IMG/VR virus record: IMGVR_UViG_3300042545_000821
Location: 1 to 64,000 of that record
Origin: a virus
Lineage: Duplodnaviria; Caudoviricetes
Direction: 5' to 3' (one strand)
DNA: 64,000 nt
Shown: positions 46,940-55,918 of the stretch, in pieces
How positions within the stretch are numbered: position 1 is the first letter of the stretch
How the letters are laid out: each line of letters opens with the position of its first letter
Notes under the pieces: model-generated
What the model was told of the DNA's origin: nothing
The model's database searches: none
What the model saw: the letters and a program-made list of their open reading frames with translations, nothing else
Program-made: the position numbers and the translations under genes

Positions 46940-47148
46940 TATTTACCTTTCTTATGGGGGTTCTTCTTATGCCAGTCTTTGGTGGCCTTAACGCCTTCCT
47001 TGACTGTCTTAGCCCCAGCTTTCTTAGTTAGATTAATCTTATCGTACTTTCCAGCCTTAGCGCTAGCTTCGTGGTCAACAATAATGTCGCCTTTTTTATT
47101 CTTCTTTATTGTGTGGCCTGCGCCACCTACTTTAATCTTAGATGGCAT
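46939..47148 (-). CDS. Small basic hypothetical protein
   Basis: Likely start MPSKIKVGG after GGAG. Confidence 0.65.
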   Translation of the reverse strand: MPSKIKVGGAGHTIKKNKKGDIIVDHEASAKAGKYDKINLTKKAGAKTVKEGVKATKDWHKKNPHKKGK

Positions 47149-47713
47149 CTCTAGCTCCAAACGCGGTGTAGTTGGCATATTTCTGGAATTGAGGGTCGTT
47201 GATCATTTCTTCAGAGTTTACCTGATTACAATCAATACTAAAAATGGTGTAGTCATCTACGATAATTCCTTTAGCAAATACCTGCTTAGGGGTAAATACC
47301 TGATTACGGAATACAATTCTATCTCTTAAATAAGAGTCCGGGTTTGTAGGGAGGTGCTTTAATTTAGGAATAATTTGAGAGCCCGGCCCAGATAAACTTG
47401 AGCCGTCAATAATGTCCATATTAAGAGTTACCCTTAAAACGTCAGTATTGTAGAAACCTCTATCTCCTTGGACAGTTACTCCCTGGAATAGGGAGGCATT
47501 GACTACGGGGACGCTGTTTGGCCCGTCCCATCTACGCCCACCGCTATTACTTCCTACGTCATATATGGGATCTACTACGCTCGTAGAGCTGTTGTAAAAC
47601 CACCACTCAATGCTGTATCCGACCGTACGCACTACTTCTTTTGAGGTAGCAGAGATAATGGAGCCACGCTCATGTTCTACGTTAAAACGGCCTACCACTC
47701 TCTCCCCGCGCAT
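47138..47713 (-). CDS. Putative head-closure/neck protein
   Basis: VDPIYDVG...RGFYNTD; position upstream of tail genes. Confidence 0.5.
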   Translation of the reverse strand: MRGERVVGRFNVEHERGSIISATSKEVVRTVGYSIEWWFYNSSTSVVDPIYDVGSNSGGRRWDGPNSVPVVNASLFQGVTVQGDRGFYNTDVLRVTLNMDIIDGSSLSGPGSQIIPKLKHLPTNPDSYLRDRIVFRNQVFTPKQVFAKGIIVDDYTIFSIDCNQVNSEEMINDPQFQKYANYTAFGARDAI

Positions 47714-47922
47714 TAGTCCTCCTGAGGAGCGGTAAAAGTACCGGTCTCTGGATTATAGGTGCTGCTAATAAATACCCCATTCTCTATATCGGTTACGTCA
47801 ACCATTAGAGGCTCGCTTAAAAATATAGCAGCTAGACGGTCATCTGTGTGGATGATGTCTACTACCTCATTGTCGATAATAAATGCAACTTTATTTGGGG
47901 GCAGATTAGGTGCAGTAGTCAT
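47713..47922 (-). CDS. Small fibre-associated protein (single-domain homolog of 59039-59470)
   Basis: AFIIDNEV...AAIFLSEP...TYNPETGTFTAP; start at 47922 by TAATG overlap. Confidence 0.65.
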   Translation of the reverse strand: MTTAPNLPPNKVAFIIDNEVVDIIHTDDRLAAIFLSEPLMVDVTDIENGVFISSTYNPETGTFTAPQED

Positions 47923-48164
47923 TAGATCTCTTTCTTGTACGATATTTGTATGGCTTCCCACTTATGAAGTGGACAAGAAGCATTAGGTAGCTTTGTTTTT
48001 AATTTCATTATGCATCCACACTCTTTGCATTGCGAAGTAGACTTGATGAACCTATCACATCCGCGGCATATATCTAGACGTGTTTCAGCTATATCTGTTT
48101 CTACTCGGCCTATGTTTTTATTGAAAAGGTCCCATGGCCTAGCAGGTCTTGTATTTTCAGTCAT
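47922..48164 (-). CDS. Six-Cys small protein (DUF6171-like)
   Basis: RLDICRGC...CKECGCIMKLKTKLPNASCPLHKW. Confidence 0.75.
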   Translation of the reverse strand: MTENTRPARPWDLFNKNIGRVETDIAETRLDICRGCDRFIKSTSQCKECGCIMKLKTKLPNASCPLHKWEAIQISYKKEI

Positions 48165-48172
48165 TGCTCTCC

Positions 48173-49918
48173 TTAAATTGTTCCTAAGAAATTATCAAGT
48201 GTTGATCCTTGAGACCCTGATGATGGGGCCTTAATTATACCTACTGAAGTTCCTTTTGTAGGACTGGTAGGCGTAATAACTATATTTGAGCCTAGCTGAC
48301 TTGTCAATCCCGCAGAGGCGTAGGCTTTAGCGGTAATCTGGTTTCCAACAGTAGATACTATCAAAGATCCTACACTTGTGTAGCCAGAGTTTGTGTTGGT
48401 AGCTAAGCGGGTAGCAGATTGAGAAACCACGTTTCCAGACACCGAGCTAACAATAACAAGGTCTGTGTGGTAAGTAGTATCTCCACCAGAGTAAGATACG
48501 CCTGAACAGCAACCAGATGGTGTACATCCTGCCCCTGAACAAGTAGCCTGTCCTCCAGAGCAAGAGCTGCTAGTCCCTATTTGATTTTGGTTTAATCCTC
48601 CACACGCACCGCCGGTATAACAGTTAAACCCTGTGCAAGAAGCAGACCCTGTGCAGCTACTAGTCTGTTGCGTAGTTCCGCAATAGTATGTTGTTGGGGT
48701 GGTTGTAACTTGCGTATGACAATTATAATAATTAACAGATTCTTGGCGCGTACTTTGATTCCAGTTTCCAATACATTTTCCAGAGGTAACTGTTGAAGTT
48801 TCGCAGTTTTCCCAACAAAAAATAGTTTGAGTGCTGCAGTTGCCAACGCAGCTTGTGGTAACACTATCACTAGTTCTACAGCAAACAAAAGCCGCGTTTT
48901 GAATACACTGGCTGCTAGTTGAGTTAGGTACTACTACGCTACCTGGAGAACAACCATCTCCGCCATATTGTGGGTTTTCTGCGGGGTAGTAAGAAAATCC
49001 GCTACCCGCACTAGTTACTGATCCAGAACATTGTGTACCACATGCAGGAATACTATAAGTAGTGTATTGCACACTTCCTGAGCACTGTGTTCCGCATTGA
49101 GGTATGACATAGCTAGTTGTAGTGCTCGTAGTTTGCTCGCGCAATGTGCCGGGGCAACAATTAGACGAAGGGGTGCCTGTCCAACCTAAATAAGTGTTTG
49201 TATAGTCACAAAAAGAGTTGTCTACAGACGAGGTAGAAGTATACGCAAATGTAGCCCCGCAACCTGAAGCGCATTGGCTAAGAAGAACACCATTTTGAAA
49301 GTTACTGCAGTTTGAGGTTCCTGGTACGGAAGTAACCGGAGAACAGCATCCTGAAGGAAGGCACCCGGTACCGCCACCAGCGCAAGGACTAGAACTTCCA
49401 TAACTTTGACTTCCAGTACAAGCAGACCCAACTTGAGTTGTATTCCAAGTAGAGTAGTAATAACTAAAAGATTGAGTGGTTGTGCAACTTCCTACAATAG
49501 CTGACGTAGACTGAGTATATTGAGGGTATGTGGCCCACCAAGACCCGGAGTCTGTTATCCAAAAAACAGCACCGGTTCCACCTGAAACATCTGCACTTAC
49601 AGAAACATCCGTGCTACCTAAATTAGCTGAAGCGATCGGGTAAGAGCTTGCTGCATCATCTGATATTGCTGAGTTGGACCCACTAATACGCCAGTTTCCA
49701 CGAAGTGCTGTCCATACTTGTCCGCTGTCCGCGGTGCCTAGGCCAGTAGCAGTTGACGCCCTATTAAATGCGTCTTGAACTTTAGAGGCAAACCATTGTC
49801 TCCACACTCCGTTAATTTTAATGAATGCCGAAGTAACCGTTTTCCATTGACCGTTTACTTTTACTGAAAGACCAGATGCGGTCCTCCAGGCACCATTAAC
49901 CTTGGAATTACCTGGCAT
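48173..49918 (-). CDS. Cys-rich putative tail fibre/adhesin (36 Cys)
   Basis: N-terminal K(V/I)NGxW triple repeat, beta-rich flanks, central S/T/G/C-rich region. Confidence 0.7.
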   Translation of the reverse strand: MPGNSKVNGAWRTASGLSVKVNGQWKTVTSAFIKINGVWRQWFASKVQDAFNRASTATGLGTADSGQVWTALRGNWRISGSNSAISDDAASSYPIASANLGSTDVSVSADVSGGTGAVFWITDSGSWWATYPQYTQSTSAIVGSCTTTQSFSYYYSTWNTTQVGSACTGSQSYGSSSPCAGGGTGCLPSGCCSPVTSVPGTSNCSNFQNGVLLSQCASGCGATFAYTSTSSVDNSFCDYTNTYLGWTGTPSSNCCPGTLREQTTSTTTSYVIPQCGTQCSGSVQYTTYSIPACGTQCSGSVTSAGSGFSYYPAENPQYGGDGCSPGSVVVPNSTSSQCIQNAAFVCCRTSDSVTTSCVGNCSTQTIFCWENCETSTVTSGKCIGNWNQSTRQESVNYYNCHTQVTTTPTTYYCGTTQQTSSCTGSASCTGFNCYTGGACGGLNQNQIGTSSSCSGGQATCSGAGCTPSGCCSGVSYSGGDTTYHTDLVIVSSVSGNVVSQSATRLATNTNSGYTSVGSLIVSTVGNQITAKAYASAGLTSQLGSNIVITPTSPTKGTSVGIIKAPSSGSQGSTLDNFLGTI

Positions 49919-50154
49919 TATACGTACTGCACCCAGATATCTCCATCAATGCCTTGACCTGAAGTCGGAGCATTTGCAGATGAATGAATGTTTCTAACTA
50001 CTGCCAAAGAAGTAGATGCGGTAGTAACTGCTCCGTTTACAACGTTAACGGCCCCAATAGCTGCAGGAGTAATGCCTAAACTAGCTGGGTTTAATTGTGG
50101 GCTACCAAATGCTTCCCATTGTCCTGTAGATACGTCATAGCGCTTAATAGCCAT
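49918..50154 (-). CDS. Small tail-fibre adaptor-like protein
   Basis: C-terminal APTSGQGIDGDIWVQY motif typical of fibre junctions. Confidence 0.6.
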   Translation of the reverse strand: MAIKRYDVSTGQWEAFGSPQLNPASLGITPAAIGAVNVVNGAVTTASTSLAVVRNIHSSANAPTSGQGIDGDIWVQYV

Positions 50155-50723
50155 TAGTTAACTCCATACACTAGTGCTGTACCACCAGAAAACGTTCCAG
50201 TGGATAAAGAGATTGTCATTTTTGTTAGGGCAGTAATTTGAGTGTATGCTTTTGTATCATCTAGCAAGGTTACTGCGTTAGAGTTATTGGTGTATACGCC
50301 CTTTAAATATCCCCAAGAAAAGCTTGCAGGATCTTGGGTATCAACAATATCTACTGTCCAATGGTTTGTCGTTACCGCTGGCTTAACGTTTGGAATAGTA
50401 AATAAAGCGGATCCGGTACTGTAGTTAGTAACGTCATCATTAAGAGTTATACTTACTGTTGCATTAACAGACGGCTGTACTCCTCGGAATACTACGTACA
50501 CATCTTTGTACACAGTTAGGATAGATAAGTCAACAAAAGCCCCAGTCAAACTGACGCTAGAAATTAAGTTTTTACCCGCATTGTTAAACGGGTCAGAGTC
50601 AACCCAAATATCTCCGTCTATAGGAGACGCTGGAGTATTAGGGCCTACGAATATTCGTTTACCTTTACGATCATCAGTAAATTGCAATGGGCCAAGGTGC
50701 TGGCCGTTATTTTGTACCGCCAT
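50154..50723 (-). CDS. Putative virion fibre protein
   Basis: PASPIDGDIWVD, C-terminal FSGGTALVYG. Confidence 0.6.
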   Translation of the reverse strand: MAVQNNGQHLGPLQFTDDRKGKRIFVGPNTPASPIDGDIWVDSDPFNNAGKNLISSVSLTGAFVDLSILTVYKDVYVVFRGVQPSVNATVSITLNDDVTNYSTGSALFTIPNVKPAVTTNHWTVDIVDTQDPASFSWGYLKGVYTNNSNAVTLLDDTKAYTQITALTKMTISLSTGTFSGGTALVYGVN

Positions 50724-51061
50724 TACGCACCAATTTCAGAGCCGAATGCTTGGAAGCTAAGGTTGGCTGTAGAAGCTACGACTGTTATTGAGTCGGTAGT
50801 TGAAAGGGTTACGCCGAGGGTAAAGGTGGTAGTAGTATTACCGGGGATAACTGCATCGTAAGCAAGATACTGCTTATCCGCTAGGGTTGAATTATCTTCA
50901 CGTATAGCTATACGGTAGGTTGCCGAAGATGAGCCTCGGTTGCATATAGCTATAGTTGAGACCACAGCGCTTCCTGTAGATCCCACAGCGTATAGCTGAG
51001 TTCCTCCGGAAACATTAGCTGCAGGCGCAACTTGGCCAAGAATTTTATATATTGTTGCCAA
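50723..51061 (-). CDS. Putative small virion protein
   Basis: YKILGQ...LY...ICN...FGSEI beta-rich; TTG start after AAGGAG. Confidence 0.6.
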   Translation of the reverse strand: MATIYKILGQVAPAANVSGGTQLYAVGSTGSAVVSTIAICNRGSSSATYRIAIREDNSTLADKQYLAYDAVIPGNTTTTFTLGVTLSTTDSITVVASTANLSFQAFGSEIGA

Positions 51062-51187
51062 GGGATGGCTCCTTTAAGTAGGACGGGTCAGTTGAGCTAA
51101 ATTCTACAGCTTTAAGGCCCATATTGTGCTCTTTATCCTATGGGTGATTGGGGGACCTTCTAGGCCTGTGAGGGGGCTGCTAGATCC

Positions 51188-51703
51188 TCAGCCGTTAGGG
51201 CTAAATTTAGTAGATTCATCGCCAAAAACAAAGGTTGTTATTGAGTACCTTTCTCTTTCTAAAACTGGAAATACTTGATGCTTAAGGTGGGCTTTGTGAA
51301 TAACCATGCTTCCTTGCCTTGGGGTAACGCTTAGACCAAGAGTTGGGTATATCAACTCTCCCCCAGTAAAGTCGTCATTTAAATAAATAGCAATACCAAA
51401 AACTATTTTTCTTGGGTCATCGGGGTTTCCGCCATCTTCATGCGGCCACATAAACTCTGAATTTCTTAACCTTCGTAAATCTCTAGAATAGGTTATTGAC
51501 TCTATATTAATAAAAAGTGTTTCAATAGTTTCATACACATTGTTCATTTTAAGCAATGACTCATCACTTATAGATTTAACTGTATTTCCTACGTGCGTAG
51601 TATCCCAATCAATATCTAGTTGAGCCTCAGATACAAGGGTACTTCTCAGCTCTTCATCTAAAAACCCCTCAATTTCGTACACACCTTCTCCGTGCTTTAT
51701 CAT
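51188..51703 (-). CDS. 2OG-Fe(II) oxygenase (P4H-like)
   Basis: HED, YLNDDFTGGELIYP, KHQV, RYS. Confidence 0.88.
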   Translation of the reverse strand: MIKHGEGVYEIEGFLDEELRSTLVSEAQLDIDWDTTHVGNTVKSISDESLLKMNNVYETIETLFINIESITYSRDLRRLRNSEFMWPHEDGGNPDDPRKIVFGIAIYLNDDFTGGELIYPTLGLSVTPRQGSMVIHKAHLKHQVFPVLERERYSITTFVFGDESTKFSPNG

Positions 51704-51705
51704 GA

Positions 51706-52374
51706 TTAGTTATACTTGCTACTGTTGATGTGGCAAATTTCAATTTCATTTATATTAACATGGTTTGGTAACGACCCTACCCAGTAGATAGCTTCTGCTA
51801 AATCCTCTGCAGTTAAGGCGTAGTCTCGTTTTTGCTCTTGGGTATCAATGGTCGCTGGACAAATTTCTGTAATTTTAATGCCAAATTGAGGAAACTCAAG
51901 CCTCATTGTGTCGATTAGGCCGCGCTCACCCCGCTTGGCGTTTGTGTAATTTCCACCGCCACGATAGGGCACCTTGCCTCCAAAAGAAGTAATAAAGACA
52001 ATTGTTGGAGAATCTGACTTTTCCATGCAGGGTACAAATAGTTGGGAAAGGTACATAGGCCCAGATACGTTTATATCGTAGGCGCGTCTAAAGTTATCCA
52101 TGGTTTCATTAATAATACTAGTTGGGTCAGAGCCACCACCAGCATTGTTAACTAAAAGGTCTAGGGTTATGTCTTTGTACTGCTCATAGAAGATCTCTAT
52201 TGCTTTAGAGTCTGTTACGTCTAAGCTATATACCTCAACGTTATCAGATACAAGCTCAGATACTTTGGAAAGATTTCTTGAAACAGCAATAACCTTATAG
52301 CCATTTTCAGATAGGCGTTTAACTGTTGCTAACCCCACACCTTTGCTTGCTCCAGTTACAATAGCTGTTTTCAT
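51706..52374 (-). CDS. Short-chain dehydrogenase/reductase (YdfG-like)
   Basis: TGASKGVG, NNAG, YTNAK, LPNHVNINEIEI. Confidence 0.9.
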   Translation of the reverse strand: MKTAIVTGASKGVGLATVKRLSENGYKVIAVSRNLSKVSELVSDNVEVYSLDVTDSKAIEIFYEQYKDITLDLLVNNAGGGSDPTSIINETMDNFRRAYDINVSGPMYLSQLFVPCMEKSDSPTIVFITSFGGKVPYRGGGNYTNAKRGERGLIDTMRLEFPQFGIKITEICPATIDTQEQKRDYALTAEDLAEAIYWVGSLPNHVNINEIEICHINSSKYN

Positions 52375-52375
52375 A

Positions 52376-53002
52376 TTAATGAATCCAGTGTTGGGGCACC
52401 ATTATCTTTTCGCCACTCTTCACTAGGTGTGCAGTGTGGTGGTATGGTGGAGATGGTGGGAAAACAATAATGCTTCCAGCTTTTGGTTTGATAGCAAAAG
52501 TATAGCTTTTGTCTTGTGTTGCAATTTCAAAGTCAGGGTTTGGGCTAGCTAGAGTTAGTATTCCTTCTGGGGAAGCAATAGTAAAAGATAGCTCTCCACC
52601 CTCATAGTCGTCATTTAAGTACATAACAAAAGATACTTTAAGACGGCCATCCCCCTCTTGTTGGTCAAAGTGGGCACCCATATATGTGCCTGCCTTATAC
52701 TTTTTAATCGGATACATTGGAAATAGTTTAGGCTCATCTGTGATGCCGTGAGCTGCTGCATAATCTTTTGCTACATCATAAAAAGCTTTTTGTAATGTAG
52801 AGTAGATATAAGTCTTCTGGATATCTGACGGGTCTGCAAAAATACTTTTATCTGTTCCATAGACATACGCTTCCCCACTACACGCCATCCATTCGCCCCA
52901 AGGATTTTCGTTGTCCTGGTCAATTGCATCAACAAGCTTCTTTGGGTCTTCAATTACGTTTGTGTAGTAGTAAACTTTTTCTTCAAGTATTTCTCTGTCC
53001 AT
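52376..53002 (-). CDS. 2OG-Fe(II) oxygenase (P4H-like)
   Basis: HFD, YLNDDYEGGEL, YHHTAH, KIM; start MDREIL at 53002. Confidence 0.88.
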   Translation of the reverse strand: MDREILEEKVYYYTNVIEDPKKLVDAIDQDNENPWGEWMACSGEAYVYGTDKSIFADPSDIQKTYIYSTLQKAFYDVAKDYAAAHGITDEPKLFPMYPIKKYKAGTYMGAHFDQQEGDGRLKVSFVMYLNDDYEGGELSFTIASPEGILTLASPNPDFEIATQDKSYTFAIKPKAGSIIVFPPSPPYHHTAHLVKSGEKIMVPQHWIH

Positions 53003-53012
53003 TTTGCGTCCT

Positions 53013-53681
53013 TTAGTACTTATTCTTTTGATAGTGGTCTTTTTCTTTAATGAATCCCACAAGAACATATCTTATGGGCCCATCCCCTACATGCTTGACT
53101 CCGTGCTCATACTCTTCGTTACCTGGAAAAAATAACATAGTTCCTGGTTTAGGCTTTAACTGGATATCAAGGTTTGGAAAAAATAATTCGCCGTCTGCAT
53201 AGTTATCATTAATATATACAATTGTAGCGTATTTTATAGATGGGTCTGTTTTTTGATCCGTATGCGCTTTTAACTCTACCCCTGGTTGCATCCGCTGAAT
53301 TGTTGCAAAACCACTTAAAATTAATTCCGGGTCGGCTTTGACTACCATTGAGTTTACAACATCATATAGGGGCCTTTGAATCTCATGATGCAAAATATTA
53401 AAGTTTTTATCTTTCCAATTTTGAGTAATTTCAAACTTACCCTCAGCAACTAAGTTTTCTACATCATCTCTGCCAAATTTTTCCATGCAAAACCATTTTA
53501 AGTTTGCGTGGTACTCTACTTCCCAGTCTTCTTGGGGGGTGCTATGTATAATATCCCAAAAAGTATCTATTTGATCTTGTGATAAAAAGTTGTCCACAGA
53601 AAATAGTTCTGAGGTAATGTCTGTAACTACGTACCCGCTATCTATTAGCTGTTGTTTAAAAGACTCAATCATTTGCAACAT
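53013..53681 (-). CDS. 2OG-Fe(II) oxygenase (P4H-like)
   Basis: HTD, YINDNYADGELFFP, EHGV, RYV; alternative start at 53672. Confidence 0.88.
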   Translation of the reverse strand: MLQMIESFKQQLIDSGYVVTDITSELFSVDNFLSQDQIDTFWDIIHSTPQEDWEVEYHANLKWFCMEKFGRDDVENLVAEGKFEITQNWKDKNFNILHHEIQRPLYDVVNSMVVKADPELILSGFATIQRMQPGVELKAHTDQKTDPSIKYATIVYINDNYADGELFFPNLDIQLKPKPGTMLFFPGNEEYEHGVKHVGDGPIRYVLVGFIKEKDHYQKNKY

Positions 53682-54420
53682 CCTCTATTTTGTATTTATT
53701 CCCGGCTGCGTCTAGCTTCCAGCCTTGCTTAAGGAGCTCTTGCCACTCTGCTCGTTCAATCTCTTGTTGCGCTCTAGTGGCCTTCATCTCTTCAGCCCAT
53801 GCATCTCGCACCTCTTGTGGGTACGCTGACTCTTCTCGGTCATCCCAGAAAGAACCAATGGTGTATCTGACACCACCTGTAATAAGAGATACTTCGTGCA
53901 TATTGTTAAACCCGCCGTCAAATACAGCGAGCAGCCCAACTTCTGGTTTAATCTCTAGGTTTTGTGCTGGGAACCGTAAAAGTCCACCTTCAAAATCATC
54001 GTTTAAGTATAGAAACCCTGCGTAGCGGCTTCTTGTAAACGCACCTGAGTTTCCTTCAGCATCTGTGTTGTCAGAGTGAATTCTTGCGTATGCTCCTGGC
54101 TCCCACTTCTGTGTGTGGTAACCAATTTTACAGATTGTTTTTGGGTCAAGGTCGTGGACTGAAGCAATTGCTTCAGGCATTGCCTTTTCAATATCTGAAA
54201 ATATAGTTGGGGATAAACCAGCGTCAATAACTTCTTGGTCGTTGTCTTGTGGCAAAACTGAAGAATATGACTCATAAAATGAAATAGGCATCCAAGAAAT
54301 TGCCCCATTGTCTGCCTGAGCATCTAAGGCCTGGATCATCTTTTTGCAGTCTTCTTTGCCTATAAAATTTTTATAAACAACTATATCTTTTGTTATTCTT
54401 GTTTTGTTTTCCAAGTTCAT
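53665..54420 (-). CDS. 2OG-Fe(II) oxygenase (P4H-like)
   Basis: HSD, YLNDDFEGGLLRFP, MHEV, RYT. Confidence 0.88.
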   Translation of the reverse strand: MNLENKTRITKDIVVYKNFIGKEDCKKMIQALDAQADNGAISWMPISFYESYSSVLPQDNDQEVIDAGLSPTIFSDIEKAMPEAIASVHDLDPKTICKIGYHTQKWEPGAYARIHSDNTDAEGNSGAFTRSRYAGFLYLNDDFEGGLLRFPAQNLEIKPEVGLLAVFDGGFNNMHEVSLITGGVRYTIGSFWDDREESAYPQEVRDAWAEEMKATRAQQEIERAEWQELLKQGWKLDAAGNKYKIEDVAND

Positions 54421-54436
54421 TGTGCTTTTACTCCGT

Positions 54437-55210
54437 CTAGTTATTTATAAGGGATTTGTCTCCAGCAAGAAGTTTTTCTATCTCCTGTTGAACAAGGGCA
54501 TACTCTTCATCAAACACTTCTGGGGTTCTTCCTTCTCCCATAGCGGCAGGGGTCCCTTTAGCTATTAAATCTTCTTTTAGTGTCTTTTCAATATCATAAT
54601 TTAACACTGTGCACTGAAACCAGTTGGCTACATACCCATCTTTATCAATAAGGTACTTTTCAAAGTTTCCGCCCTGCATTGCGCCGTTACCAAAAGGCTG
54701 ATTTAACCAAGGTGACAAATAACCATCTCTGTCTGGAATGCCGAGTTCTCTTTGTTTTTCAGCAAACACAAGCATTTGCTCGGCTATTTCTTTGTATAGC
54801 TCATGAGTTTCTTTTCGTGGTTGACCTAGGCCGTTTACAGAGCTATCGCCCTTGTGAGGGCTAAGCTCAGTAGCACTCTCATTTGGGTTTGACGACACCA
54901 TCTCTGAGAACTTAAACGTGGTTCCGTAGACTTCTTGACCATACTCTTGTGAATCTAAGCCACAGGTAATGCCTTCAGACCACTTGCCCTTAGTTACTCC
55001 TGGGCCACAATAGTCATTAGTAGGGATAGCAATAACTTGAAAATCATCTCCGCCGTACTTATCTTGAAGCCATTGAAGAACTTCCATTTGATTAGCGTTA
55101 CCACAGCCTACGGTTGTATTAGCCAGTAGGGTGACTTTACCCTTAAATTGACTTAAGAAGTCAGGGGATCCCTCAGCAGAGTTAAGCGGGATGTCGTAAA
55201 TTGATTTCAT
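54437..55210 (-). CDS. Divergent glutathione peroxidase-like protein
   Basis: KGKVTLLANTTVGCG, LQDKY, FQVIAIPTNDY, NFEKYLIDKDG. Confidence 0.82.
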   Translation of the reverse strand: MKSIYDIPLNSAEGSPDFLSQFKGKVTLLANTTVGCGNANQMEVLQWLQDKYGGDDFQVIAIPTNDYCGPGVTKGKWSEGITCGLDSQEYGQEVYGTTFKFSEMVSSNPNESATELSPHKGDSSVNGLGQPRKETHELYKEIAEQMLVFAEKQRELGIPDRDGYLSPWLNQPFGNGAMQGGNFEKYLIDKDGYVANWFQCTVLNYDIEKTLKEDLIAKGTPAAMGEGRTPEVFDEEYALVQQEIEKLLAGDKSLINN

Positions 55211-55231
55211 ATGTTTTATTGTACACCGTCA

Positions 55232-55918
55232 TTACGGCTTTCTATCCCCTGTATGCGCCGTAATTTCCCAAAAGAAGGGGCACGTAAATCTTAGGCCACT
55301 CTTGATCTCAGTAACCCCGTGAATGTAGTTTTTGTCGCCGGGGAAGAAGTAGGCGGCGCCCTTTTTAGGCTTAAACTGCACGCCCTGTAGCGGGAAGTAC
55401 AGCTCCCCGCCCTCATAGTCGTCGTTTAGATAAAACAAACTTGATAGGTCGTAGTTTGGGAAGTCGTTAGGTGTTCCGGCGTCAGGGCCCTCGTGAAGCT
55501 CTTTATCAGCGTGTGGTTTTTGAAACTGCCCAGGAAGCCATTTAACAATAGTTGTACCAGTTGGTATAACCTCTACCTTGTAGAACTCTTCAATAATTGG
55601 TCGTAGTCTTTGAAATAGCCCAGCAATTACTGGAGATATTTTTGGGTCATTTTTATCTAAAGTTGGCTGAGTTGCAACCCTATCTTTCCAATAATCTGAG
55701 TCGTAGGTAACGGTCCCATTCTCATTTGTATGGCTTTGCGTTACATCCCAAATTGTTAAAGACTTAGCGGCTTTCTCTAAAAACTCTATCTCTTCTTGGG
55801 TCATAAAGTTCTCTAGCTCAACAATCATGTCTTTGCTGTCCCCAAACCATCCTGAGGGAGTCATAGATGGCGTTCTTTTTGCTACAGTGTACGAGTCTTT
55901 ATCTTGTTCCATATTCAT
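55232..55918 (-). CDS. 2OG-Fe(II) oxygenase (P4H-like)
   Basis: HAD, YLNDDYEGGELYFP, IHGV, RFT. Confidence 0.88.
   Translation of the reverse strand: MNMEQDKDSYTVAKRTPSMTPSGWFGDSKDMIVELENFMTQEEIEFLEKAAKSLTIWDVTQSHTNENGTVTYDSDYWKDRVATQPTLDKNDPKISPVIAGLFQRLRPIIEEFYKVEVIPTGTTIVKWLPGQFQKPHADKELHEGPDAGTPNDFPNYDLSSLFYLNDDYEGGELYFPLQGVQFKPKKGAAYFFPGDKNYIHGVTEIKSGLRFTCPFFWEITAHTGDRKP

Noticed and set aside
54437-55210. Selenocysteine-containing GPx or stop-codon recoding
   Set aside because: Active-site codon is TGT; long ORFs read normally and TAA, TAG and TGA all serve as stops in the window
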